Shown: piece after piece, positions 13,656-26,759 of the stretch
Position numbering within the stretch: position 1 is the first letter of the stretch
Layout: each line of letters begins with the position of its first letter
From: Octopus sinensis
Lineage: Eukaryota
DNA: 64,000 bases
Assembly (NCBI RefSeq): GCF_006345805.1
Contig: NC_043012.1
Location: forward strand, 38,936,001 to 39,000,000
Direction of reading: 5' to 3'
Position numbers and translations under genes: made by a program
The notes under the pieces: model-generated
Seen by the model: the letters and a program-made list of their open reading frames with translations, nothing else
Databases searched by the model: none
What the model was told of the DNA's origin: nothing

Positions 13656-14294
13656 TCAGATACAATATACCGCCAGATACAATATTGCTGGCGCAGTCCC
13701 TCTTCTGAATTCCGATCTTGCCAGTATCCCTGGTTTGCACGTGTCGGTGTAGGTCGTACAGAACATAGGAGAACACATGAGGTTACCATAGACAGATACA
13801 AGTACATCATTGCAATATAGTGATAAACACTTGTACAACAGAAATACACTCTTTGTGTCACCGTGATCAATATCTAGTGACCAGTAAACACGTGAAACGG
13901 CAAGTTTTACATCAGAATCTCCTTCCCTAGAACGATGTTATGAAAATAGCCGTGGGTCCCTCACTTTCAGTGGGTTTACTGCGTGCTCTGACATCAACCA
14001 GAAGTTATTCTGCATCACCGCACTCAGATGGAATGTGATTACATATGGTAGTTAGGTAATTCATAGCTGCGACCATGATTGATAATATTACTCCGAGATA
14101 TGAGTAGTTCTCAAGACGATAGTGACTAAGCAGTGGTTCCTTGCTCCTCAAAACCCTGAAAACACAGAACCAGAGTTCCTGGAGCGGGGACTGGTTAAAG
14201 TCATACCTAGAGCCTGTGTGTATATATATATACACATATATATATTCGCCATGATTGATAGCTAGCCACTAAACTTTTTTTTAAAATGTTCTCT

Positions 14295-14445
14295 CTCTGT
14301 TTATTTCTATGTTTCTTTCTGTTGAAGAGCGTACGCTCGAAATGTAAAAAACTTTCTCCCTTCCTGAGCGCTAAACTAATATATTTGTTTGTTGTTTACA
14401 CACCCGTCTTCATATTTTCTTTTCTTTGTATTATTGTAAATTCCC
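14295..14445 (+). mobile_element. Short PLE-like repeat with hammerhead-like motif (copy 2)
   Basis: UUU-CUGUUGA-A-GAGC-GUAC-GCUC-GAAA-UGUA/AAA at 14316-14349. Confidence 0.7.
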
Positions 14446-15047
14446 ACTATATATATGTATATATATATATATATTTCGAAATGGTCACTTTTGTTCTCCT
14501 CATATATTGAGTCTTTATTTGGCAAAAAAAATAAAGGTTACCATCCCGAATTATAACAATATCTGATGCAACACAGGATTTCACATCAGGGATCTTGCAG
14601 AACAAATACATAAATATGTGTGTGTGTGTGCGTGTTTGAATATATACTTCTTTTCTTTATTTTATTCGCCACAGCCATGCAAGTGCGGTCCTGCTGGTGC
14701 ACCATATGTATGTATGTATGTATGTATGTATGTGTGTATGGGCAGTTAACGTGTACGGATGCATAAGTAATTAAAGAAAAAAGGAGAAAGAACACACGTG
14801 GATAACCGTAATTGCTCAGCCAACGGTTTCGACAATTACAGAGTGTTGGAATAGCTACAGCGAAGCGACTGACTTGAAACATAAGAACAAATGTTCTAAC
14901 TTGAAACACGCAAGATGTAAGAAAAAGACTGACCACTGAGAGCAAGCAATAATGGGTATAAAGAAGGAGGTTGTCTTCCGAATGGCGAAGGAGTCGTGCA
15001 GGGAGGTCATTAACAACGAGACAAATGTAAAAATAAGTTCTTCTCAC

Positions 15048-15111
15048 CTGAACAGTGAGTCAACAAAGGATCGGCAGACTGCAATGGACAACATTGGGAG
15101 TAGCTGAGGGC
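15048..15111 (-). CDS. Candidate isolated 64-nt exon, product unknown
   Basis: Acceptor ctccctttgtctttcag and donor CAG/gtgaga. Two frames are open (ALSYSQCCPLQSADPLLTHCS or PQLLPMLSIAVCRSFVDSLF). No homology recognised. Confidence 0.3.
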
Positions 15112-15724
15112 CTGAAAGACAAAGGGAGAGATGGGGGTGTCAGAGAGAGAGATAGAACGAGACACATAGAAAGAGGATCTGATAGAGACAGAGAGAGAGA
15201 GGGAAAGAGAGGAAGAGAAAGGATGAGAGAGTGAGCATGAGAGAGAGAGGATAAGAGAGTAAAGGGAGAGAGGTTGAGAGAGAGAGACAGACAGACAGAT
15301 AGACTGAGATGAGAAAGAGAAAGAGAGGAAGGGAGAGAGCGAGGATGAAATAGAGAGAGAGCATGAGAGAGGGAGACAAACAGACAGAGTGAGAGAGAGT
15401 GAAAGGAGAGGATATGATAGAGAGAGAGAGTAAAGCAGGTTGAATCATTGAGAGAAGATAACTCAGTGATGAAGGAAATATTGTCAACGCTTGGAATTTA
15501 AATCAGAAAAAGGGTGAATGACATGAATGAGTATATGAATAGATATATACATTTGTGTGTGGGTGTGGGTGCGTGTGTGTATGCACGCTTGCTTGTATGT
15601 ATGCATGTATGTATATATGTGTGCATATATTTGCATATATGTGTGCATATATATATGTGAGTGTCTGCTTATATACACGTGTGCTTATCATGCACAAACA
15701 CACCCACACACACACGTATATATA

Positions 15725-15918
15725 TGTGACCTCGTGAGTACCGCTGGCGATTTTTTCCTCTGTCTTCCCTTCTCGGGATCTTTCCTTCTATGTTTCCGAC
15801 GAAGAGCTCCGCTCGAAACGTTAGACCATCCTTCTTCCCTTCTTTCCTGAGCGTCCAATAATACTTTATTTGTTCCACGTCCGCGTGTTGTTGTGTTTTT
15901 TTGTGTTTTTTTTTGTGT
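15725..15918 (+). mobile_element. Second short PLE-like repeat with hammerhead-like motif
   Basis: GUUU-CCGACGA-A-GAGC-UCC-GCUC-GAAAC-GUU/AGAC at 15792-15826. The downstream ttcctgagcg..taata..tt..ttgtt segment resembles the 14295 family. Confidence 0.6.
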
Positions 15919-15989
15919 ATTCTTGTTTGGATTAACTTTATATATATATATATATATAATATATAATATATAATATATATATATATATA

Positions 15990-16126
<137 letters not shown>

Positions 16127-16289
16127 TACATACATACAATCAAAATGATGGTGAAGAAAATTGGATATTAATTTAATACATCAATTTAATACCAGTGGTT
16201 TAGCGCAATCTCTCTTTAGCGTAAGGGCGTCCACATAGTGGATTCTCTCTCATATTGACTCAACAGATTCTCAGTTGAAGAGAGATTTG

Positions 16290-16362
<73 letters not shown>

Positions 16363-16365
<3 letters not shown>

Positions 16366-16570
16366 GTCGGAGCTCTGGGAACAGTGAGTAAAAATCCCGA
16401 GAAGTACATGGAGCAAATAGGGGCTGCAATAAGGGTGTAGCACTTTCAGAAAACAGCACTGCTTGACCCCGGTCGAATACTCCGGATGGTGTAAAGCTGA
16501 CACGGTATTAAATCTCCAGCGTTAGAAGCTGTGGAAGGACAATAACATAATAATAATAATAACAATAATG
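16363..16570 (+). mobile_element. R4/Dong-like non-LTR retrotransposon 3' end, flanked by (TAA)n on both sides
   Basis: IVGALGTVSKNPEKYMEQIGAAIRV*HFQKTALLDPGRILRMV* matches the C-terminus of restriction-like-endonuclease LINEs. Preceded by (TAA)n at 16281-16365 and followed by a short UTR and a TAA tail. Confidence 0.85.
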
Positions 16571-18041
16571 ATGTCTAAATTAACCTCAAGGGTTTACATT
16601 AAGAAAAACAATATGGTCAGCACAGGACAAAACAAAGAACGTGTGCATGAGTGTGTGTGTGTCGTTGCTGTTGGGGAAGGGTGCGTGTAGACATGACTAA
16701 CACACTTTTCTAAAAAAATCAACAACGTGCGAGGGTTGCTCTTGGGAAAACCCCATTAAAAAGCTATGACTTTTGGGGCGTGCGCCAGTTTTTCTTTCCT
16801 ATTTCTTTTTCCAACTACAGGCGTATACTCAGGGCCGGCATTTTCACACGAACTTGTCTCGCCACTTTTTTCTTAATTAACCCCAAGAATTTAGATTAAG
16901 AAAAACGTTATGGCCAGTACAACAGCAATAACACTGTGACGCTCATGTTCGGTATTTCCAGCTTTTGCTTGGGAGAAGTAAGTGAAGATGTTAACGATGA
17001 GAGAACACAGAATAAATACGTCACCAGAGGCTGGTGCTGGTAGGAGGAGTAGCAATCATCGGAGAATCAGTAGTTGTGGTGGTGGTGGTGGTTTTGATTA
17101 TAACGAAAATAAGATTTTAAGTAATGTGAAGATGTTGACGCAAAGAAGATGACGGGATACTGATAATAATCTTGATCATCATAATATCGATGATGGCGAT
17201 GACGATGATGATGATATTGACGAATGCAACGCCGATAATAATGGCTGTCATGATGGTAACCACGATGACGATGATGGCGTCAACTTGTAAATTAACACCA
17301 TCAACCAAAATGGCGACTACAACAAAAGGGTGGCAACGACAACATGGCGGCAATATGTTGCTTATTGTAGCATCAGTGTCCAAAATCTGAATGGTTTCGT
17401 GCATTGTGACTCTTACTGAGCTGGAGTCAAGTGAATTGTTTTCGTTTGCTTACTGTTGATTCATTGCGTCAAATTGTGTTGATAAAAACTGTAAGGAATA
17501 CTCAGCCATATATACGCTAATTTAATGGGTAAGTGCCTGACTGATCAGACAACTGAACCGTTATCTTCGACGCCGACGGAGGACCATTTATTCACGTTCA
17601 TTCTTTATGTACATGTGTGTGTGTGTGTGTGCATGTAGGAATGTATGTGAGTGTGTATGTAACGTGTGTATTTTTGTAGCTATACATGTATGTATGTACT
17701 TATATCTGTATATGTTAATGCATTTATGAATATTTGTATGTGTATACGTATGTAAGTGTATGCAGGCATATGTGTGCGTATTTAAGTATATATATGTGTG
17801 TTGTTATGTATGGATTTATGAAAATATGTGTGTTTTAGATGTGTGTTTATACATGTGTGTGATTGCTTGTCTTCGTATGTGTGTGTATGTGTACATGTGT
17901 ATGTATTGATGCATGTGTGTATGCTGGCTGTTGAGTCATTGCATCATGTCTTCTTAGTTAAATTGTGTGGATAGAAACTGTATGGAAGCCCAAGTACATC
18001 GTCCTGTTTGTATGTATATGCCTGTATGTATATGTGTATCT

Positions 18042-18436
18042 GTGGAGGCGCAATGGCCCAGTGGTTAGGGCAGCGGACTCGCGGTCGTAGGATCGCGGTT
18101 TCGATTCCCAGACCGGGCGTTGTGAGTGTTTATTGAGCGAAAACGCCTAAAAGCTCCACGAGGCTCCGGCAGGGCATGGTGGTGATCCCTGCTGTACTCT
18201 TTCGCCACAACTTTCTCTCAATCTTTCTTCCTGTTTCTGTTGTACCTGTATTTCAAAGGGCCGGCCTTGTCACTCTCTGTGTCACGCTGAATATCCCCGA
18301 GAACTACGTTAAGGGTACACGTGTCTGTGGAGTGCTCAGCCACTTACACGTTAATTTCACGAGCAGGCTGTTCCGTTGGTCGGATCAACCGGAACCCTCA
18401 TCGTCGTAACCGACGGAGTGCTTCCCTACATATCCC
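18042..18436 (+). mobile_element. Modular SINE: tRNA-Arg(UCG)-like head C plus tail T1, young, with 12-bp TSD
   Basis: A-box TGGCCCAGTGG, anticodon-like GGAC-TCG-CGG, B-box GGTTTCGATTCC. Candidate TSD atatgtgtatct at 18030-18041 and 18437-18448. Confidence 0.95.
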
Positions 18437-19725
18437 ATATGTGTATCTATTGATGAATGTTTGTATGTGTAAGCGTATGTAACTGTATACGTGTGTGTAT
18501 TTATGTATATATGTGTGTTCATGTATATATTTATGAAAATGTTTTATATTTGTTTTTAGATATGTATATTTATACATGTGTGTCATTGCAAGTCTGCGTG
18601 TGTGTATATATATGTGTACATATATGTGTGAGTAGAATGTGGTATATGCGTTCACAGGGTTGTCTTTTTATCCGGCTCAGTTATGTCCCTTCCGTGCCAA
18701 CCAGTTTACCTTTCAAACACGTTTCCAGATACCATACGTAAGTAAACAGATGCAACGCAAACATTTCAGTGCAGCGCTAGGGTTTGGCAGTAAATCGAAT
18801 GACTGAAACCAGTAAAATTGGAATAAAAGAATATAAGTTTTTAGCTCTCCAGACATATTTCAATGGAAAACAAATTACTTTTAAGCGTTTGCCACTTTCT
18901 ACCTGAGTTTTGTCCTTTCGTGTGAAACGAAATTATTTCAGATTAATATTATAAATATGCAGAGCTATCAGTTGGGTATCAGCTTGCAACAATCTGAAAT
19001 ACGTAATGGAAAATTAAAGTGTGAAATTATTTATAGCCAGAGTATTGGCTCCGAAATTGCCGCTATTCTATTTTCAAGTATTTGGTTAAGAAGAGCAATA
19101 AAATGACAAATGATATCATGTAATAATTTATCAGATTCGCCGAATATTGATTCGGAATTAAAGAAAAATCAGACTTGATAATTATTTTCGCCACAGCAAT
19201 AAAAATTTTATCAACTGATATCACATTAAGATTCTATTACTTTATTTCACCTCATTCTCCATTTCTTTTCGACAGACTGACAAAGTTATCGGCTTTTATA
19301 AATGGAAAAATGTAGAGGTGGTGGTGGCGGCAGGACGGAGTACAAACGGGAGATGGGTTGCGGAAAGGATGTGGCCGAGGAACAGTAGTTTTGTTGTTCT
19401 TGCTATTGTTGTTTCGTAGTCCCAGGCCTGCCCTGTTTTGTCAGAATATAATAAAAAGACATTCCAGCTGTGACCATCATGTTTTTGATTTCCGTTTTAT
19501 TTTTTCTGAGTTCAAATTCCGCTGAGGCCGACTTTGCCTTTAATCCTTTCGGGGTCAATAAAATAAGTATGAATTGAGAACTGTAACCGATTTGCCCTTC
19601 CCGTGAAATTGCTGGCCTTGTACCAAAATTCTAAACAAACATCACCGCATTTAGTTACAGTCGGTTACATTTTAAGTTTAAATTCCATTAAGGTCGCCAT
19701 ATATATTGGGGGTCGATAAATTTTA

Positions 19726-19793
19726 CTTGTCAGGTATTGGAGATGTACCATCTCCAATACCTGACAAGATGGTACGTCTCCAATACCTGGCAG
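19726..19793. repeat. Perfect 20-bp hairpin plus a third, near-identical copy
   Basis: cttgtcaggtattggagatg-tac-catctccaatacctgacaag (19726-19768), then gatggtacgtctccaatacctggcag (19768-19793). Confidence 0.95.
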
Positions 19794-20475
19794 CGTCTCC
19801 CAACAAAATCAATGTCGTTTGCATATTTAATATTTCATTTTTAAGGAAGAAGTTAAGTGTCATAGCAATTAAAATTTCACCAGCAACAACTCCTCAGAGA
19901 TATTTGAACAGTTAATTAAAATTGCTCTTCCTGTCGGCCAAAAATGCATCTCACACAATATTGCAAAATGAAGAAATGCGTAGTTTTTTTTTTTTTCTTA
20001 GATTGCATGAAAACGAAACAGCTCAGCCTATATATCGGTCATCACCAGGTCTTTATCCCTCATCACTAGATATGAAAGTGTCCTGACTATGTTTAATCCG
20101 TCATCATGTTTCATTATAAAATCTTAATGTCATCATTCAGTCTCGCTCATCATGCTACCATGACGAACGAAAAGAGTGATTTGAACTCAGAACATGAAAG
20201 GTAGAAATCAAATATCACGTGGCATTTTGTTCGACAGTCATTGGTATATTTGAAGATTACAACCGAAACTCTCACTGATATACTCCAAAATTGCAACAAT
20301 GGCATTCTCTGGTGCTTCCATGATCACAGCAGTGACTTCCACAGGGACATTCCCAGAGAATCTGTTTGACTCCCATCGATATATTCCAAGACAACCCTTG
20401 TAATTCACAGCGCTAGGTTCCACACTAGCTGTTGATAGGCTCAGTGGCTCATTTCAACCAATTCTTATAACTTAC

Positions 20476-20634
20476 GCTGGTGGATTTCAAAATTTCGCCA
20501 CAACGACTCAGGCTCTGGTTAGTACATTGCAAGACAGCCCTTGTAGACCTCGCTTGGTGCACCCCAAGAATCCGCTGGATTCTCATTGAGGCATACCAAA
20601 GAACGTTAAATATGTACTGTATATTACTGGAGAT
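20476..20634 (-). CDS. Candidate 159-nt exon, product unknown
   Basis: Acceptor tcatttattttattcaccgtacag, donor AGC/gtaagt, length divisible by 3. Only frame 0 is open (ISSNIQYIFNVLWYASMRIQRILGVHQ...KSTS). No homology recognised. Confidence 0.3.
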
Positions 20635-20814
20635 CTGTACGGTGAATAAAATAAATGATATGAGAATAGTAACGGTGATATCACACCCAGATTATATTCT
20701 TCATTATAGTCACTGTGAAAGAGATTTATCACACACACACACACACACATAAATATCTAGTATCTGTATAATAACAATAATAATAATAACAACAACAACA
20801 ACAACAACAACAAC

Positions 20815-20866
<52 letters not shown>

Positions 20867-22670
20867 GTAATAATACTAATACATAGATTATATTTATCAG
20901 TGTTTACACACCACCTTAAATTTATTACACGTTGTTGCCAAATTTATGTGCGTAGGCCAGACAATATGAGTTACTATTACACTAAGTTTGTGTTTATTGT
21001 AAGTTTTACGCCATCACCCCATTATCACGTTTAAGAATCTTCTTTCTCTTTTTTTTCTTTCATTAATGATGGAAATATGCCATATAACATTGAATTTACT
21101 TATCGCAAATTTCCATCTCTATCAGAGATTAATAAAAAGAAAAACCCAACGAATTGCTGCGTTTTTATGTCCACTGGAAAGAAGATATTAGCAAGAAATA
21201 TCAGATTGCGCAAGTAATAGCTTACATGATTTGATTCTTTTGTAAGTTATGATTTCAAATAATGCTGCAGCCAGCTTCAAATTTGTGACTATAGGCTCAT
21301 TATGTAATGAGAATCATTTCGTTAAGTTACTTGCCTGCAATGTGAGGGGAATACGACTGATATTTCTAGCAGGGCAAACAACCACATAACGGTTCTTTCA
21401 TTGAAGTATTTCTTTATGTTTATTCAGCCCGATCGTCTAAGGTATCGCCCACAACTATGCCTCCCTGTCATCAGCAAGGTCTTATCTGTTATCACAATAT
21501 CTATATTTGTCATCACTTTTTATCTTTCACTTTATGTCATCACTATGTCTATCCGTCGTCACCAGATGTTTTTCTTGATTAAATCTCTACGTAACACGTT
21601 TAATTTTTAATCTGTCCTGTATCTCTATAATTAATATTTTAATGTGTCATCATTCTGCATATCCATCAACACAGTCATTACTCGGTCTACATGTGTAATG
21701 AGTATGCTTCATGTGTCAGAGCTTTTCATTATGTCTCCATGTGTCATCAGCAAGCCTGTCTGTCATCACCATCGTTTTTGTATATAGATCTATATATATG
21801 TCAGGACTACTCTATTAGTCATCACTTTCTATCATGATATCCTTGCCTCATCATCTCAATGCTTTTCCGTCGCCTCTTCATCTATTTTTATCATGACTAT
21901 ATTTTCAGTGTCATCACTTTTCATTATGGAATCTTTATATTTCCTCAAAATCCCTATCTTTCATCATGTATTTTCACATGACTTCACCATGGCATTCAGT
22001 GTCATCCCTTTAGCCGTATGTCATAACTGTATTATTCCATATCACACTACCTATATGTGTCATTACTTTGTCTATATTTGTCCTCCGTCCGTAATTTTCT
22101 GGTTGTCACCAACAGAGAGAAAAGTATTCGCAAACGTCTCTAATCGACAGCCGTTTCTACGATGATGGGATTGTAATCATCACCTTTTGGCCAATTCTAG
22201 AGAGGAGCTGCAAGTGGCAGAGCGCTTTCTTAGGAAAGTTTTAATACCATCGATTAATTAACTCATTAAATGGATTCTCAGTAATGTACATAGACACTTA
22301 TTCCCTCATTCCGTTCGAATATACAACCACCCATTTACCCAGACACATTTATTTGTGTATATGTGTGTATGTGTGTATGCATGTGCATATGTGTATGTGT
22401 GTGTGCTATACGTATGTATGTATATATATATAAATATATAGGTATATATGAGTATAAATGTATGGATATATACGTACATATATGATTGTATACACATATG
22501 TACGCATGTATGTATGTATAGATAGGTAGACAGACAGACAGACAGAGGGATGGATAAGATACATAGATAGATAGATTGATACATACATACATACATACAT
22601 ACATACATCATAGATGGATGGATGGATGGATGGATAGATACATAGGTGGATAGATTGATCGATAAATAGC

Positions 22671-23001
22671 AGGTCTTTATATTTACTAATCTTGTCAAAT
22701 TCTTTCGCCGCTATATTGTGATCACAGGGAATACTCATGTTAATTAATAAACACATCTTTTTTGTCGGATCTTTTATAATAATATCCGGTTTATTAGCTT
22801 TTATAGTCCTGTCGGTCTGCACGGGGAAGTCCCATAGAATCGACACATTTTCTCCCTCAGTCACAGCTTCAGGATGATGTTTTATAATGCCGACGTATTG
22901 TCCAATGTAAATACTGGCTGACTCTGTCATGTCTTGCTTTATATTCTGCAGGTGCTAAGACTCTACACCCTCAGATTAGGTGGTCTATTGTTTCAATCTC
23001 A

Positions 23002-23003
<2 letters not shown>
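22671..23003 (-). mobile_element. R4/Dong-like LINE fragment: zinc-knuckle region plus restriction-like endonuclease
   Basis: ETIDHLI*GCRVLAPAEYKARHDRVSQYLHW then (frameshift) ILWDFPVQTDRTIKANKPDIIIKD..CLLINMSIP.D.NIAAKEFDKISKYKDL. The 5' junction abuts the (TAA)n tract. Confidence 0.9.
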
Positions 23004-23061
<58 letters not shown>

Positions 23062-23104
23062 TATATCATTAACATTATTATTATTATTACTATTATTATT
23101 ATTA

Positions 23105-23139
<35 letters not shown>

Positions 23140-23293
23140 ATTACTGTTACTATTACCATTATAATAATAATAATAATAATAATAATTATTATTATTGTTA
23201 TTATTATTATCATTACTATTATTATTATTATATTATATTATTATCATTAACATTATTATTATTATTACTATTATTATTATTATATTATTATTA

Positions 23294-23345
<52 letters not shown>
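23004..23345. repeat. Compound (TTA)n/(TAA)n microsatellite
   Basis: Direct reading. Confidence 0.97.
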
Positions 23346-23358
<13 letters not shown>

Positions 23359-24419
23359 ACAGTATTATTATTGTTGTTGTTGTTGTTATTTTTGTTTTTG
23401 CTGTTGTTGCTGGTGCTGTTGCTGTTGTTGTTGTCAAGAGACTTATTTTCATTTTTGCGTAACTGAAAACTTGGTTGTCGAATTATTTCCTACTGCGTTA
23501 GTGAACGCCTGAACACGAAGAGGCTCGGCGTTCATGATTGCTTCGTGATTTGTGAAGTGTCTAAACGAAACGATATCGAATCATATAAATCGAGAAGATT
23601 GCTTTATATATATCTTTATTGTCATTGGAACCAATATATCGTATTCTCCCACAGCGAGATACTCTGCTAGACTCAGTAGAATTGTAGAATGGTTAATAGA
23701 AGCTCGATATCAGCTCATATATTAGCATGACATGATAACAAGGGATGTGTGATAATATACGATATTAACACAGAAACAAATTGCAGATTTATTTGCTGTG
23801 AGATTATTGTCTGGATTGATTTTTTTGTTGTTGTTTATAGCAGTGAGCGGAGGGGGAAGAGGGAATACGTTGAACTAGGAGTAAAGAGATAGGGAGGAGG
23901 AATAGAGGAAGTAGACATGTGAGAGAGGGGGTAAGATAGTGGTGGAAAGAAGGAAAGGGAAGGTGAGGGGGAACGAGATTATGTAAAAATACTGCGATAG
24001 GTGAGAGATTGAGAGAGAATAGAGAGATGTGTGTGTGAGAGAGGGAGAGTGTGAAGAGGGGGAGAGAGTTAGAGAAGAGAGAGCTAGAGGGCAATATATT
24101 AACCTCCGAAGGAGAATAAAGCATTTGACGAAACATTAGAAAGGAGAGAAAAATGTAACTTATATGCATACACACATACATACGTACATAAATACACACA
24201 CACACACACACCACACACACACACACGCACACACACACACACACACGCACACACGCACACACACACACACGCACGCCACACACACACACACACACACACC
24301 ACACACACACACACACGTACATTTATATATAATTGAAATATACATTTAATATGGACTGGAAACATCTCAGAATCTTTCGTCTATAGAAAGTCTTTAGTGT
24401 TGCTTTTTGACCATTAGAC

Positions 24420-24894
24420 GTTATTGAGCGCGCATGCCCGCGCCAAAACACCCATGCCCGCGCCAACACACCCATGCCCGCGCCAACACACCCATGCACA
24501 TACATACAAACTATGAACATCAATCAACACACTTTCCCGACACAATATTACACACACACGCGCCCGCGCGCGCATGCACGTATTTGTAACGTCACACAGC
24601 TTCATATAAACGCAATCATAATGCCCGTCTTATCACTGCCGACCTCATGAAAGCCCCGCTCTTTCGTTTTATACGGACCGGATTCGAATCACTTCATTCA
24701 AAACCGCTCGTATTTGCAGTACTCCACCTTATAGAAATAAGCCTCCAATCTACACAGCACACCAATCACATTACTACAGAATATGTGGGAGTACAACGGT
24801 TTCCTCCGTACTCATATCGAGAGAAATTCTGTTCTGCTGTGAAGACATTGGCTTCGCTTGGAGGCCATGCGGCGGCGGCGTTGATTGGAAAAAG
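24420..24894 (+). promoter_or_regulatory. Candidate CpG-rich promoter
   Basis: Locally dense CpG, GCGCATGC NRF1-like words (near 24430 and 24570), CCAAT at 24745 and 24762, ATTGG at 24847 and 24884, directly upstream of a Kozak ATG. Confidence 0.4.
24433..24497. repeat. 20-bp GC-rich VNTR, 3.25 copies
   Basis: catgcccgcgccaa(a/c)acacc x3 plus catgc. Confidence 0.95.
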
Positions 24895-24961
24895 ATGGCA
24901 GAAGAGCAGAAGGATATAATAAGACAGGAAACGGATAAAGGAATTTTCCAGTCAAACTTTG
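24895..24961 (+). CDS. Candidate first coding exon MAEEQKDIIRQETDKGIFQSNF (phase-1 intron follows)
   Basis: aagATGG context, 22 open codons, donor G/gtgagc, non-repetitive sequence. Product not recognised. Confidence 0.45.
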
Positions 24962-25970
24962 GTGAGCACTGGATGTGGAAAAATCTTCTCAACGAAATAC
25001 ATTAGGAAGATTCACTTCTGGAAACGGAAATTTACTCAAACATAAAATGGTGAAAGAATTGTCGTTTCCGATTTATCATGCTCCTAAGAGGAACGCATAA
25101 ATTACGGAATTATGGAATCGATAAAGAATGGCAGAATATTTCAACCGAAATACTAAACTAAAGTGACGGATTATACCTCATTGCACAGTATTATATTTGG
25201 AAGTTTTGTACCAAACGCAACAAAGTTGTCAAATGGAATAACAGCAGAATGTTAATTAGAAAATGTCGTATGTTACGGTAATAACAGAAGATCATGGTAG
25301 AACACGTGACATACAAGGGTCACATTATGGAAGGCCAATACAAACAGTTTCTGAGATAACTGGCATTTCAAAAAGAAATCAAGAAAACATTGATAATGCT
25401 TGATTTTATTTATTAAACAGTGTGTTAATTGGAGCGATCAGGTTATTAGTTCGTTTTGTATTCAGTAACATTAACACGTCCACTGAATCGGCGTTAGCAT
25501 GTTATCGGCATTACAAATCTAACTGGTTTATTAGCAAACGCAGCAAGCCGATTGGCGTTCATAGATTCAGCCGATTGCTATCGTAACGTTGCACCAGATT
25601 CTCTCTCCTCGTAATCTTGCCGATAAGGATTACGGCTTAAACTGGATTGATGAGATTCCATTCACTTGAGTTGAATAACCAATGACGATATGGACAAAAT
25701 GGTACTTCTTAGAAGAATGTATCAATGGCTGGCTCTTTGCCACTTCTCTATTACGGAAAATCATAAAATAACCGGAACATAAAGGATTGTGGGTATATCA
25801 TAGTATATCGAACACGAATGTAGGACAATGACGTTGAATATTAAAACGGGGGAATGATATATATATATATAGCGAGAGAGAGAGAGAGTGAGAGGCGGTA
25901 GTGCGTCAGAGACGGCGAAATAAGCAGAGTTAGAGACAGATATTAAGATATACTAATTTGCAGAGAGACT

Positions 25971-26010
<40 letters not shown>

Positions 26011-26585
26011 CTATTTTAAAGGTAAAATTGCCTACTCAAATCCCTTTCCTATTTCTTTGGTGTCTCTGCTGCTCTTCAACGGGAATATCATCACCTTCTG
26101 AACTGCTATCCCTCACACCAGGACAGCCCAGCCTCATACCACCAGTTCCTTTCATTCTGTATCATTAGTTATCCTAGCACGACCTTTCTTCTCCACCTCG
26201 CGACTGAAGATTTATTAACATACTTCAATAGCCATGGACACATGAAGCGAGTATTGATTGCATTAATTTCAAAGCTTCCCAATTCACCAATCCCAAGGTA
26301 TAGATATGGTCGCTACATAGCGAATATATCGGTCGACAATGAGTCACGAAAACAAGAAGGTACCCACATATGATCGCAATTTTAATTCACGCGCGTAATC
26401 GAACATAGAGCATTTAATACCCGCTTTTGCACAGCCGGGTGCAACACTCGGCGGCTCCTACCAAGCGAACATCAGATACCCTGATCAACTCTTAAATCTT
26501 ATGCTTATATTGTTAGAAGAATAGATAGACACAGATGAAAAGACAGAGAAGAGTAGATAACGCGTGTGAGAAGTAATACGGGAAA

Positions 26586-26641
<56 letters not shown>

Positions 26642-26759
26642 GAAAAGGCAGATTTAGCGTGTTTATATACACGCAACAAGAAAAAGAAAGAAAAGGACAA
26701 ATGTGTGTGTGTGTGTGTTTATGTCTGTGTGTGTGTGTTTGTGTGTGTTTTACCTATAT

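Noticed and set aside
13660-14220. Coding-looking unique block
   Set aside because: All six frames are interrupted and no domain is recognised; weak similarity to 2590-2700 (tagtgacca.taaaca) suggests an old repeat
18042-18120. tRNA-Arg(UCG) gene
   Set aside because: A/B boxes and anticodon loop are present, but the acceptor stem does not pair and the sequence runs into a multi-copy SINE body with a TSD
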